The translations under genes were made by a program, and so were the position numbers. A stretch of 63,992 nt of DNA, counting the filler, from Craspedostauros australis (lineage: Eukaryota), in the NCBI GenBank assembly GCA_030167865.1. It is 6 parts of 6 records of this genome, joined end to end, with 100 filler letters (N's around TTAATTAATTAA, not from the genome) between each part and the next. Parts side by side here need not be neighbours in the genome. Positions count along the whole stretch, not along the records: positions 1 to 13,926 come from JALAGF010003485.1; positions 14,027 to 24,375 come from JALAGF010003486.1; 4 more parts are not named here. One strand, written 5' to 3'. Each line of letters begins with the position of its first letter. Position 1 is the first letter of the stretch. Below the pieces are notes generated by a model, which saw only the letters and a list, made by a program, of their open reading frames with translations, searched no databases and was not told the DNA's origin. Of the stretch, positions 10,064-21,336 are shown piece after piece.

Positions 10064-10956
10064 ACGCAACATCAACGCGACCTTCTTATTTTAATTTATC
10101 CACTTTGCTCTACTTTAACTTTTGATGCGAACGATCACTCGCCGCATGGCATCATTGAAACATTGAACCATTGCCGGGATCATAACTAGTGCTCGGCAAA
10201 AGCTCTTTCAAGTATCATTCGTTGTGCATATTTATGTAGAATAGTGGTTAGGGATCTCCATGATCCATCAATCTTGGGTTGTCGTTGCCCCGTGTCCGTG
10301 TCTGTGCGTTGCCTTTGCTCTTCACCCATGGGATGTCTCATCCCTGATCGTCTTGTCCATTTCGTACAAGCAACCATGAGACGATCGAGCAGATCAAACG
10401 CAGCACAGATGGGCGGCTCAAGCAACATCCCACCGACTCGTGTCGTATTATTGTCAAGCCGGGGATCGCCTCTCGTCGTGTCTTGGAATATCTGGAGAGT
10501 CTGCTACGATGTAGTGCATGTTGTATGCCACACCACACCAAATTCAGTCCAATCCAATCCAATCCAATCAAGAGTCGATCCCCCAGCCATCATTCACGCG
10601 CTTACGAGTCAATCTCAATCAATCATCGCGTCCCCGAGGTTCCATTCCCATTCAGGAGAAGCCCAGGATGTGGTTCTTATGTCATTCCTCTTCCTTTTCT
10701 TTCTCTGTTCCTGTGGAATGTTGTTTTGTATCTTCACGAGCAGCGGCTTTGAATCACGAAATGAAGTAGGACGGCAATGGCAGCAGCAACGGTGGGCAGT
10801 GGATACCGCAAGGTTCCATCGCAGCCCCCCAAGCAATCACGTACCTACATGGTTGCCAATGCCTAAATCATCTCGTTTGCAATCCATTGGTGGTGGTGTT
10901 GATCTTGTCGACACAAGCACCGAATGCACCGAACGGACTACCAGCCGCCAACCCGC

Positions 10957-13314
10957 TTAACTGGATCAGCTCATGAAGGCTGTGCCACCAGCCATCAGTG
11001 CGCTCGCCGGCGCGCGCCGGTAATACTTGGATTGCTCTGATTCCGTCCCTTCATCGTAGGGACGTTGGACGAGTTCAAAGAGCTCCTTCAACACCGTCGT
11101 ATCGAATTCACCATCCGTTTCATCCAGCGCTGCTGTGGTGTACGCATCAACGAGCATCCACTCGCGCAGCACGTACTTGGGATTCGTCGTCTTCATTCGG
11201 TCGTAGGCCTCCTGCGGGGATTGATCCATGCCATCCAGCACATCGCTCCACTGCTCCAACCAATGCAACCACTCCCTGCGAATGCTATCATCCAGCGATT
11301 CATAGAAGACGCCATCCTCGTCGTTGTTATTGCTGCTGCTGCTGCTGTTGCCGTTTTCCAAAAGGGACATCATGGCCTCGTAGTCACGTTCACCGTCGAC
11401 TTCGCTTGCTGCCAGATCCCTCGCGACGTAGGTCAACTGACGCCAGAAGATGGTCCAATCAACGCGTGACTTGCGCAGCAGAGGCTCCAAGGATACCCAG
11501 AGATCATCTGCGACGTCGGCATCGTCGGGCAATCCCATCTTGTTGCGGAAGACCGTGTCGAGACGCTCCTGGAACAGCACCTGGGCGGACTGCACGAACT
11601 TTTCCACAACATGATCGTAGTCCTTTTCGGCGTTTTCGTAGTCTGTGCCCTTGGCAACAATGACGGGCACAACGCTCTCGATGAGGACCTGGAGATTGGC
11701 CAGGCCGGCGCTGGGCTGGTTGAGGAACCCGAAGTGCTCCCCGCTGCCGGTCCACTTAGCGAAGAGCGGTGAGTACTCCTCGAGGAATCCGAAGGGACCG
11801 TAGTCCATGGTGCTGCCGCCGACGAGACAGTTGTCGGCGTTGAAGTTGCCCTGCGCGAACCCGACGCGGACCCAGCCCGTGACCATGTCGGCGATGCGCT
11901 CGGAGGAGAGCTCGATGAGCTTGGTGGCGGCGCCTGCGATATCCTGCTTGTCGATGAAGGGATCGTAGGCCTCAGCCTTGAATTCGCGGAAGCAGGCGTG
12001 CCAGACGATCTGCTCCAGTTCCTTCCATTCGTTCGTGGCGATGTCGTAGCGGGGCGCACTGCTCTTGGCGCCGAAGGTCCCACCCAGCTCCGCGAGCTGC
12101 TGCACGCGACGCGCGAAGAGGTCGAGGTGGCCGATGCGCGTGAAGGACGTGGCAACCCGGCATGTGATAGCGCATGGTTCCCGGATCATGATGTTGGGGT
12201 CCGCCTTGGACTGCGTGCGCAGCTGCCGAAGCAACTGCTTGCGTTGCTCCATGGAGTACTTCGCCAGGCGCGGGTCGTCCAGGGTGGGAAGCTGCAGCTG
12301 GGCCGAGTCGGAGTACCATGGACGCTGCACCGTGTCACCGTTAACGCTGACGACGAGGGAGAGCGCACGGGTGGTGCGCACGCCTAGGTAGTGCATGGCC
12401 TCGCTGGCGAGAAATTCGCGGATGCTGGATCGCAGCACGGCACGTCCATCGGCACCGCGATGGAAGGGCGTCTTGCCTCCTCCCTTGAGCTGCAGCTCGA
12501 AGGCGGTCTCATCGGTCGCCTGCACTTCACCGATGGCAACGGCGCGTCCATCACCGTAGCCGTTCCCCGTTCCGTAGGGACAGTTGCTGGTGTAGCGGGT
12601 TCCCATGATGGAGAGGGCGTAGGGCGTGGCCCAGGTGGTGTCCTGGGCCAGCACGGCATTGCCGGACAACCAGTCGATCATGTCCTGGGACTCCATCTGA
12701 TCCTTGGTGAATTTGAGGAGATCGTGGGCCACATCGGGACTGTGCAGAAGCAGCTTTGGATTGGCGATGCCCGTGGGAGGCACGATGACGTAGTGGCCGT
12801 TGAAGATGGGTCGTTTGGTTCGGTTGTTCACGTTGACGCGGCTGTCTGTGGCGGACAAGCGCTCCGTTTTGAGGGATCGTTCGTAGTTGTCCTTCGTCTC
12901 TGGCGACAGCTGGTCGATCCACGAGTTGCGCAGAACGATGGAGGCCAAGGGGCTGCTTGCGGCGTTGCCATCGTTGCCTCCAGTGGTGCTACCAGTGGTG
13001 CTGCCATCAGCACTGCAGTCGGAGATGCCAATGATGCGAGGTATCCTCTGCTGCTTCTGCTGCTGAGAAGACATGTTCCAAGCGCTGGCCATGAACGAGC
13101 GCGTCCCCGATGATGTCGATGTTGGTGGCGATGTGGTCGCTGCTGCTGCCAACGCAAAGAGGAATGCGCTGGTGGCTGCCGAAGGTGATCTCGCGGCTGA
13201 TCGAATGTGCCAACGCCGACTTGCTGTTGCTGCAGCTGTAGCTGTAGCTGTAGCTGTGGCCGACGCAGTCGCAGCTCCTGCTCCGCCTCTGCTGTTGAAA
13301 CCACTGAAGCGCAT
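10957..13314 (-). CDS. SELENOO: Selenoprotein O / YdiU family protein AMPylase, probably with selenocysteine at TGA 10968-10966
   Basis: Motifs GYGDGRA, ELQLKGGGKTPF.R.ADGRAVLRSSIREFLASEAM..LGV.TTRALS, GFAQGNFNADN, TMDYGPFGF and NPKYVLR. The end reads ATG AGC TGA TCC AGT TAA, which matches the family's terminal [C/U]SS. There is an N-terminal organellar-type extension, and the first ATG is at 13314. Confidence 0.93.
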
Positions 13315-13926
13315 CTGATGCACCTTGGCCTCCCGCTCCGTTCTGTGTTATCCGTTCTCTGTTCTCTGTTGCCTGTTGTCTCTTGTGCTGGCGATTCCCT
13401 CTGATGCACAGATCGACGAGTCTGATTGCAAACGCTCCGTCAGCTGCTACTCTTTTTATGATGTGTTGTGTTGATGATGGCGATGTTGCTGATGTTGCTA
13501 TTTGCAGAAACAGAGGAGATCATGTGTGGTGCGATCTTTCCTCTTGTTTTGCGTGTTTTGGTGGTGGTGGTTGAAGTGACGCATGCGAGTCACGCGACAC
13601 GTCACTCGGGATTTCAACATTCTCATATCGACTCGATCGATCACTACGTGCATGTTTGACCACGTCGACCCAATCACTCCTTTCCGTTGGGTTTCGACGA
13701 AACGGACATCAACATGTCTTTGTGTGCTTGTTCTTCTTGACGTGTTGTGGCTTGTCCTGCCAAACTCTCCTACTGGAAAAGGCATGGAATTGGAAGTAAA
13801 CAACGGATTATGAGCTCAAGGCACGAGCCATTTACCTCTCACGTGGTCTCTACTCTGCTGCGTACGATTCAGCTGCAAGTGCCCAGTCTAACGCTCAAAT
13901 AACCGGTAATAACGTCCGTATCTGCT

Positions 13927-14026
13927 NNNNNNNNNNNNNNNNNNNNNNNNNNNNNNNNNNNNNNNNNNNNTTAATTAATTAANNNNNNNNNNNNNNNNNN
14001 NNNNNNNNNNNNNNNNNNNNNNNNNN
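13927..14026. other. Artificial contig spacer
   Basis: N44-TTAATTAATTAA-N44, which gives stops in all six frames. The same spacer occurs five times. Confidence 0.98.
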
Positions 14027-14456
14027 AACCCAGACAGGGTGGAACCAATCCAACGCCAGATGCTCGCACCCGCGATACATCCCACCCCGACCGTGAAACA
14101 CTCGTTGCGCTTCGGTGCTTTCTGTTATCGCTGTCATGTTGGACGTTGCGATGACGTCGAAGATTCCAGGGCATGTGCACATGCCTGTGGCTGTGCATTG
14201 CTGGTTTGTATCGACCTTGTCCGAGAGAATTTCTGCTGGCTTGGTTTTATACACTCTGGCGTCATCACTATCCGGCGTCAACCCCAATCTTAGTATCGTT
14301 GCTACCAATGCGGTTGGCCTCGATTTGAGTTCATGCCAATTGCAGAGACTCGGAGATGACGCCTGAAGCGATCTTGCGGACCGACGTGTCGTTGTCAGAG
14401 AACGATCATGGCTGAACGCCGAGGGGAATGAACCTGGATGGAAAGCCAGACATGAC

Positions 14457-14496
<40 letters not shown>

Positions 14497-14596
14497 TGGG
14501 AGTGGCCGCAGCTGTGTTGCAAAAGCAAATGAAGCATGTCACTGCAATCGCCGTCGCTCTGGCAATAGCATGGTGGCTTGGATAGATCAGTCTCAT
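14027..14596 (-). CDS. RlmI-like SAM-dependent methyltransferase, 5' fragment cut by the contig end
   Basis: Identical to the first ~190 aa of 39350-40900. Confidence 0.8.
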
Positions 14597-14948
14597 GATT
14601 GCTACTATCGTGTGTCCACGTGTCGTGGAGACACATTGGTGGGGGAAGAGGATTCGTCAAACCTGAATCTCTGTGTTCCTTGAAATGAACGGTTGTGGCG
14701 GCAATGATTAGTGTTCGTGATTCGGTGTTCGCCAAGTGTTCTCTCGAATCTTCCTTCCATCCTTGACACCACCACCACGTCCACCTCCACCACCAGGCAA
14801 CATCAGCCAGCGTCCAGCAATCCATTGAAACCACACACAATCGCAGCATCGCCCACATGCCTAAACAACAAACCGACAAAGAGAGATAATAGGTATCATA
14901 TTGAACATTGATTGCGTGCATTTACGATGTGATGGTTTACAATTGCAA

Positions 14949-15890
14949 CTACAAGCCCTGAGTTCGGACGACTGTAGCTGGCGAGGCATAGCTGAGATGC
15001 AGGCGCAGATCAGGCCGGTTCTTCAATGTCCGAATGTACGTGTAAGCGGTCATGTGGTCTTGGGTTGTGATGCCAGCACGAGAATAGACCAGCCGGGTCC
15101 CGTTGATCTGTGCCTCGGACTTGATCCGTTCCGCCTCCGACTGTGCCTTGGATCGGATGAGCGATGCATTGGCATTTGCCGTCCTCAACGTGACGCTCTT
15201 CTCCAGCTCGATCCTATTCACCTGTACGCTGGTCTCCTCGCGTTCTAGCTCCGCCAGCTGTAGGAACTCCTCCATGTCGTTGCGTTCGTTCTGGATGCGG
15301 CCTTCCAATTGCTTCTGTGCCACATTCTCGGGGATGCGGATGCGTCCCAAATGGAACTGATCCAACGTGCAATGCAACGACGGCTTTTCGTTCCATCGAT
15401 TTCGCACCGCATCGCGGAACTTGCGTTCCACCAACCTGCGCTCTTGGAAGTACTCATTGAAGGTGACAGAGATTGCGGCGTTCTTGATGGCATCCTTGGC
15501 ACGTGACACAACCACATCCTTGTATCCTCGCGCGAGCTCTCTGTGCAGGTCAATGATCTCGTCCTCGATGAGGAAGTAGGTGAAGTCGACATCCACCTCG
15601 AAGGCAAGGCCGATGGACTCGTTGCCGCCTCCCGCTGAAAATACAGCAAGCTCCTCGAATGACTCGGAATGCGCGTCGGCTTGGTACGTGATGAAGGTCT
15701 TGTCCGGGCCAAGATGGTAGCGCCCGCGCGTGTACACCTTGTCGTAGAATATGGTGCCAGTGGACTTGCGCTTGCTGATACCGAATTCGTAGTAGTCGAT
15801 GTATCCGAAACTGAGGGGCAACAGGATGACGAAGAGGAGCAGTCCGGTCAGCAGCAGGCAGATGCCGCAATTTCTACCATCCTTTGCCAT
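14949..15890 (-). CDS. SPFH/band-7 (prohibitin-like) protein A, copy 1
   Basis: ATG at 15890 (MAKDGRNC). N-terminal TM helix, band-7-like core (GRYHLGP, FEVDVDFTY, LDQFHLGRIRIPE) and an Ala/Glu-rich coiled-coil tail (AQSEAERIKSEA). Confidence 0.82.
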   Translation of the reverse strand: MAKDGRNCGICLLLTGLLLFVILLPLSFGYIDYYEFGISKRKSTGTIFYDKVYTRGRYHLGPDKTFITYQADAHSESFEELAVFSAGGGNESIGLAFEVDVDFTYFLIEDEIIDLHRELARGYKDVVVSRAKDAIKNAAISVTFNEYFQERRLVERKFRDAVRNRWNEKPSLHCTLDQFHLGRIRIPENVAQKQLEGRIQNERNDMEEFLQLAELEREETSVQVNRIELEKSVTLRTANANASLIRSKAQSEAERIKSEAQINGTRLVYSRAGITTQDHMTAYTYIRTLKNRPDLRLHLSYASPATVVRTQGL

Positions 15891-16635
15891 GGTTGTTGTT
15901 GTTGTGATATGATATGTACGTTGGAAGTGCGAGTGCTTTGATGTGTGATGTGTGGTGTGTGATGTGTGGTGTGTGATATGCACGTTGGAAGTGCGAGTGC
16001 TTTGAAGTTCTTTTTATGAGATGCCGATCAATGTCTGCTGCTATCTATTCTCGATTGCTGGTTGTGCTGCTCTTGATGATCTGTGGGGCTGTGTTCTTGT
16101 GCTTGTTAGTTGCTCGTTTGGATACTCGTTTGGGTTGCGTGTTTGGCTTGTTCTGCCGTGTTTGGAGTCGAATCTTTTCATTCGCGCTCGTGGCTCGTGG
16201 TTGCGTTCTGCGTTTCATTCCCGTTGGTTGATGTCACGACTCGAAACGTGATGTCGTGTCATTGATACGACACAAAGACGACAGGTCCATCGCGAAATCT
16301 CATTGTGCATTTGTCTGAAGCGACATCCGCGACATCCAGACGAGCACAAACACGCCACCAATTCCGCGAAATTCCGATTTGCAAACACGGTGTCACGACT
16401 GAAACCTGAATTGCAGATGCGCCAAACAAAAAGATCTCCTCGCGCCCCTCGGTGCGACACCGACAGGCCTGCGACCACACTGCGTCTCATCTCTGTTGGG
16501 CACTTCACATCTTGTGTCATAAAATCAAAGAGTGAGCCAAACACAACTCGTGCTCGACACTCCACCAAATCCAACAAACCCAACGACACCAACAACTACT
16601 ACAACTGCATCAAACAAAGCCGCAGCAATTACAAC

Positions 16636-17769
16636 ATGACTCGATCTTCCAAGGGTGAAGAGAGCGATGGCGACATCGGCTTCAATGCTTCGTTCAAGTC
16701 CGCCACGCCATTGATGGACGAGGGAGATGTGGAGGACGCGGCAGGTGCGGCAGATCCTTCAAGCAAGGACCACCAACGAAGTACAAGCCCTTCACGTCGG
16801 TCCCGCCAGACCGAACGTCGTGAACTCACTCCTGGGATGATCCGAGCCAGACGCATCTCATGCTGCATTTTTGTGCTCGTGCTCGTGATCACGCTAATCG
16901 CCGTACTCGCCACCTCATTCAAGAAGGTCGACAACACCGAGTACGGCCTGAAGTACGCCAAGTACTCAAAGGTCTTGAACGACGCATCTCAGTCGGGAGG
17001 GTTGCATGCGGGTCCTCCGGGATTCAAGTTCATCAAGTTCCCCTCGACGTTCGTCACCGCCGATCAGGAAGGAACCTGCATCTCGAGAGATGGTCTCCGA
17101 GTTGAGTTCTCCCTGACATTCCAGTACCTCATCAAGCAAGAGAACCTGTACGACGCCGTCATTCGGTATCGCGACTTTGGCAAGTGGGCCAATATCGTCG
17201 AAGCGGCAGGGCAGAGCTCGGTCCAGCATTCATGCTCCGAATTCTTCATCTCCAACTTCCAGAACAAGCGCGGGGAGATCCAGTCGACGATGGAAGCGAA
17301 TCTTCGCTCGAAGCTTGGTGGCGATCCACAAGACCCGAACGACTTTGGCGTTTTCGCCGAGGCCATCTCGCTACAACTTCGCAATGTGGAGCTGCCAACA
17401 GAGTACGACGACGCCATCTCGAAGAAGCAGTCCGCGGAGGAAGACATCGAGCTTGCTCGGACACAACGCAAGCAGGAGATCACGAAGGCCCGGACCGAGT
17501 TCCTCGCCGCTGAGCAGGAGGCGCAAAGGATCCTGGACATTGCAGAGACCGAAGCGAATGTGCTCATCACCGAGGCTAACCTGAAGGCTCAAGAAACACT
17601 GTTCGCATTTGAAAAAGAAGCGGAGACATTGGTCTCAGTCAAAGAAAGCTTGAACTTGACAACTACGGGAGTCCTTGCGTACGTCACCAACAAGATGCTG
17701 GAGGACGTGGAGACGCTTTCCATTTCGGCGGGAGAACCCGCTGCATTGTCACAAAAGGATGAACTGTAG
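16636..17769 (+). CDS. SPFH/band-7 (prohibitin-like) protein B, copy 1
   Basis: ATG at 16636 (MTRSSKG). TM helix CCIFVLVLVITLIAVLATSF, then GGLHAGPPG, SRDGLRVEFSLTFQY and LQLRNVELP.EY..AI, then a coiled coil AEQEAQRILDIAETEA. Confidence 0.87.
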   Translation: MTRSSKGEESDGDIGFNASFKSATPLMDEGDVEDAAGAADPSSKDHQRSTSPSRRSRQTERRELTPGMIRARRISCCIFVLVLVITLIAVLATSFKKVDNTEYGLKYAKYSKVLNDASQSGGLHAGPPGFKFIKFPSTFVTADQEGTCISRDGLRVEFSLTFQYLIKQENLYDAVIRYRDFGKWANIVEAAGQSSVQHSCSEFFISNFQNKRGEIQSTMEANLRSKLGGDPQDPNDFGVFAEAISLQLRNVELPTEYDDAISKKQSAEEDIELARTQRKQEITKARTEFLAAEQEAQRILDIAETEANVLITEANLKAQETLFAFEKEAETLVSVKESLNLTTTGVLAYVTNKMLEDVETLSISAGEPAALSQKDEL

Positions 17770-18536
17770 AGCAAGAAGATTGCCACTGTTACTAGTCGAT
17801 ACTACCATGGCACGCAGCCTTCAATCCGTCGGAGTGCAGCAAATGCAAATTCAAACACAAACGCAGCCGTATCGCCTCCTTTCCTTCTGCCACAGTTGGT
17901 GTGTGTGCAAGTCTCTGAGGGATTCCGTTGCAAACCCACAATCCAGACCAAAACTCGAAGATCAAATCGAAGCACCCACCATTCGCACTTCTGGAAACAG
18001 CTATTAACCCATATTTAACGTTTCATAACCGTAAGAAACAGTCATTGGCACGCAGATTTCGCTCACTGTACCGTGCAATACGGCACTGAGAGGGACAAAC
18101 TGGCATCCTGCCATCATTTGAATTCAATAGTCACGTCTGCGACCATGTGCAAGCAAGAAATCGCGCAGTCGGAACCAATCGCACGCAACAAAATGGCGGG
18201 AGAAGTCTCGAACGACCCACACCACCCACCCCCACACCACACAAAGAGAGGAACAACGCGGTGGGAAGCCACCAACTGGCGATGATGGCGAACGTCCACC
18301 CGTCCCGCCGAGACCAAGCACCGTGGGAAACATGCACGATCGATACGTTGGTCCTGTCCCTCCAATCGAGCTCCAGCAACATCGGCAAACACCACCGCAA
18401 CATCAACACGATGAGGACGTGTCCGGATTCGAATTGCGCTCGTGCATGCGCACGTGTGGCATCTTCTAATACCTGCAGAGTCCGCAAAGATCATCACACA
18501 GTTCTGCCACACAATACCATTCCATAGCACACAACG

Positions 18537-20892
18537 ATGGAGGATCAGTGTGATGGTGCCATCCCCAGGAGAGGGGCATGTTACACACAAGTACACACAC
18601 ATCAGAGGAACATGTCGCCAGATCAACAACGTGGAAGACGCAGGACGATGATGACGAAGGACCGACCGATGTTCACGATGGCGACAATTACTCGTACATC
18701 GACAGCAGTGTTCACGACGATGGCAGCCATGAGCATACCATGCGCAGTGGCAGTGACGGTGGCAGTGGCACCAAGTTCCCGACCGCACACGTTACCAACG
18801 GGATCGATCACATCGAATGATCCGCCGAATTTTATTGGTGACATCCACACCACATGGATATCTTCAAAACAGCCATCGATTCATTCCACCGTTGGAAGCT
18901 TTCAGCGGCAATCGCACCGTTTGGAGCACCCTGGTGCTTCCTACCTTTCCATTCATTTGGAATCGTTCCAGATCGATGATGGCTGTTCTCTAATCGTGCA
19001 TGATCCACAGCACGAGCAAACACCAACCATCTTTCGACACGATGATCAGATCTCGTCTCTGCGACAATGGTCCCATCAGGTCATGGGGGATACTGCATAC
19101 ATCACGACGCAATGTCCCATTGAGTCTGACGAGAATGATGAATCTCACACTCTGAGTGTGCAATTCAATGTCGATCGCTACGCGGCTGGTTATCCGTCCT
19201 TGCCATCACATCAGCATCAACGGGGACAGCACCGGCAGCGGTATCTGCGCGAACAACAGAAGTCGGAACCATCCGAAGCAGAAGCAATTCACTTCTCCAA
19301 TGACCACTCACATGAATCAATCAAAACGCATAATGTAAATGGTCTGCGCCAACCGGACCAACAAGATCAACGCAAGCTAGCACTTTGCGGTGTCAACGAT
19401 TCAACGGATGCCGCCTGCTTCACTGACGAGAGCAAGTATCGAGGGCTGCCAGCCGTTTCTCGTGCCGTTGCGCGGCTTGTCATCAACGGCAATTCCGGTT
19501 GCACTGGCTTCTTGGTCGGACCTTACGACATGTTCATGACATCGTACCATTGCGTCGAGACTCAGGGTGATGTGGAGAATACGGATTTCGAATTCATGGC
19601 CGATGACGTGTGCGGTGGCACGGATGGGAATTCCTATGGGGGCTTGCAGGGAGAAATTTGGGATGCACCCGAAAATGAAAAGCATGAGCTGGCCAGGATA
19701 GACAAAGGCAACGATTACGTCCTTATCCATCTCAAAGGCAACCCGAGCAAGACGTACGGGTGAGTCTGTTTTCGTTGGCAGTGACGTTTGTGTGTGCGTC
19801 AGTCTCTCTCAATGTATGATATTCTCAATGCATTGTATAATATTGTGTGCGGCAGATCGATTGATGCACATGCTCACACTCCTATTTGTACTCGCACTTC
19901 ATTCGTTACGTCTCTGAAAATCTGGATTCACATTATCATGTGCGTACCATGCCTTATCGCTTGTACTGAGCAGTTATCTGGAACTCGAACGATTGCGTAC
20001 GCTTTGGGAGCAGATCTACATCCCACATCATCCATCATCATGGTCGAAGGAAATTAGCTTTTACGACACCTCAGGATGGGGCGATGAGGATGAGAAATGC
20101 ATTTTGTACGAAGACTTCACCTACAGCTGTGACACGCAGGGTGGATCGTCTGGTGCACCCATCATGAACTTCCCCGACAACAAGGTGATTGGCCATCATA
20201 AAGGCAGAAAGGGGTCCTGCACGAATTATGGAATTCCTGCAAGCCGGTATTACGATGACATCATCGACATTATCAATTCACCGTGGGGAGCAGAAGTAGC
20301 GACAACTACCGCAGCAACGACGACGACCAGTACAACCACAGCACCCACAACGACGGCTGCCACCACGACAACGACTACGACAACAACTACGACCACAACT
20401 ACAACTACGACCACCACAACCGAGCCACCCCCATCTTCTACAACGACGCCAGCAACGACGACCACAACTTCTGCGACGACGACGATTGCTCAGCCAACTA
20501 CGCCCACAGCCACAGTCACAACTACCACCTCAACTCAATCAATATCAACTGACGCCACAGACAGCTCAACGGGCACAAACGGCACAGTCGCAATTCCTGA
20601 AGCAGACCAACCCTCCATCACAACGCCAGCGAATACTACATCCACGACAACAGAGGCGCTGACGACTTCAGCCACGGTGTCGACAAATCAGACGGTTGTG
20701 AGTTCTGCTTCTGACGAGGACTCGCAGACTGAATCGAGGGACACAGGCCAAAGATCAAGCGTTGATTCGGGCGTTCAAAACCAGATCAACGGCGCACAAT
20801 CAACCAAAAGCGGTGTCGCACGATCGTTGATAACATTTGATGTGCTTGGGATATTCGGATCATGTGGTGTATGCATCATCCTGTTGCTTTGA
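18537..20892 (+). CDS. Trypsin-like (lysyl-endopeptidase-type) serine protease with Thr-rich stalk and hydrophobic C-terminus, two exons (18537-19759, 19974-20892)
   Basis: Catalytic motifs CTGFLVG...TSYHC, NDYVL and CDTQGGSSGAP. A GTGAGT...CAG intron at 19760-19973 restores the frame (KTYG|YLELE). RKL lies just before the mature domain. The true start may be a downstream ATG. Confidence 0.87.
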
Positions 20893-21336
20893 ATGCATCA
20901 TCTTGATCTGAATGAAGACATCGATGGGCCTTGCTGCGAACTCGGTATCGCTCACGTAACCATACTGTATAATAGATATACGAAGAGTTATTTATTGGGA
21001 TCCTCCACCGCGGGGCGAGCAGAGTGGATCATGCAATGCCTTGGGCATTTGTTGCATGGACACGACCTTCGCCTCAAACGCAACAACATTTTTGGCGCCA
21101 AATCTGCTTCTACTCGGGACACAATCATTCGTGACAGAATCTTCGAATCGATGACGCAACTCCAACAACCAACAACAACCACACACGTGACAACCCAAAC
21201 CACGAGAGAGCTCAAGAGATGAAGATGATCATGAAGGGGACACTTCCAAGAAGACGACCAAGAAGATGGCGTCGCACCACCCTTGTCCACTTGAATCCAA
21301 GAACAACAACAAGAGGGAGTGAAGGAGGCAGACACA

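Larger units (their letters stand above)
14027..17549 (+). repeat. 3,523-bp block, copy 1 (5' part of the methyltransferase plus the SPFH gene pair)
   Basis: No differences seen from 24476-27998 (offset 10449) or from the reverse complement of 36397-39919. The ORF translations are identical. Confidence 0.95.

Noticed and set aside
14452..14495. (GAT)n, (TGGAT)n, (CCAAT)n and (CAACCG)n microsatellites as special elements
   Set aside because: These are ordinary simple repeats. This one encodes the poly-Ser of the methyltransferase presequence.
16303..16635. N-terminal extensions given by the ORF track for SPFH-B (and SPFH-A 15891-15983)
   Set aside because: They begin at TTG/GTG and cross CA-rich UTR or promoter sequence. 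The downstream ATGs give sensible starts.
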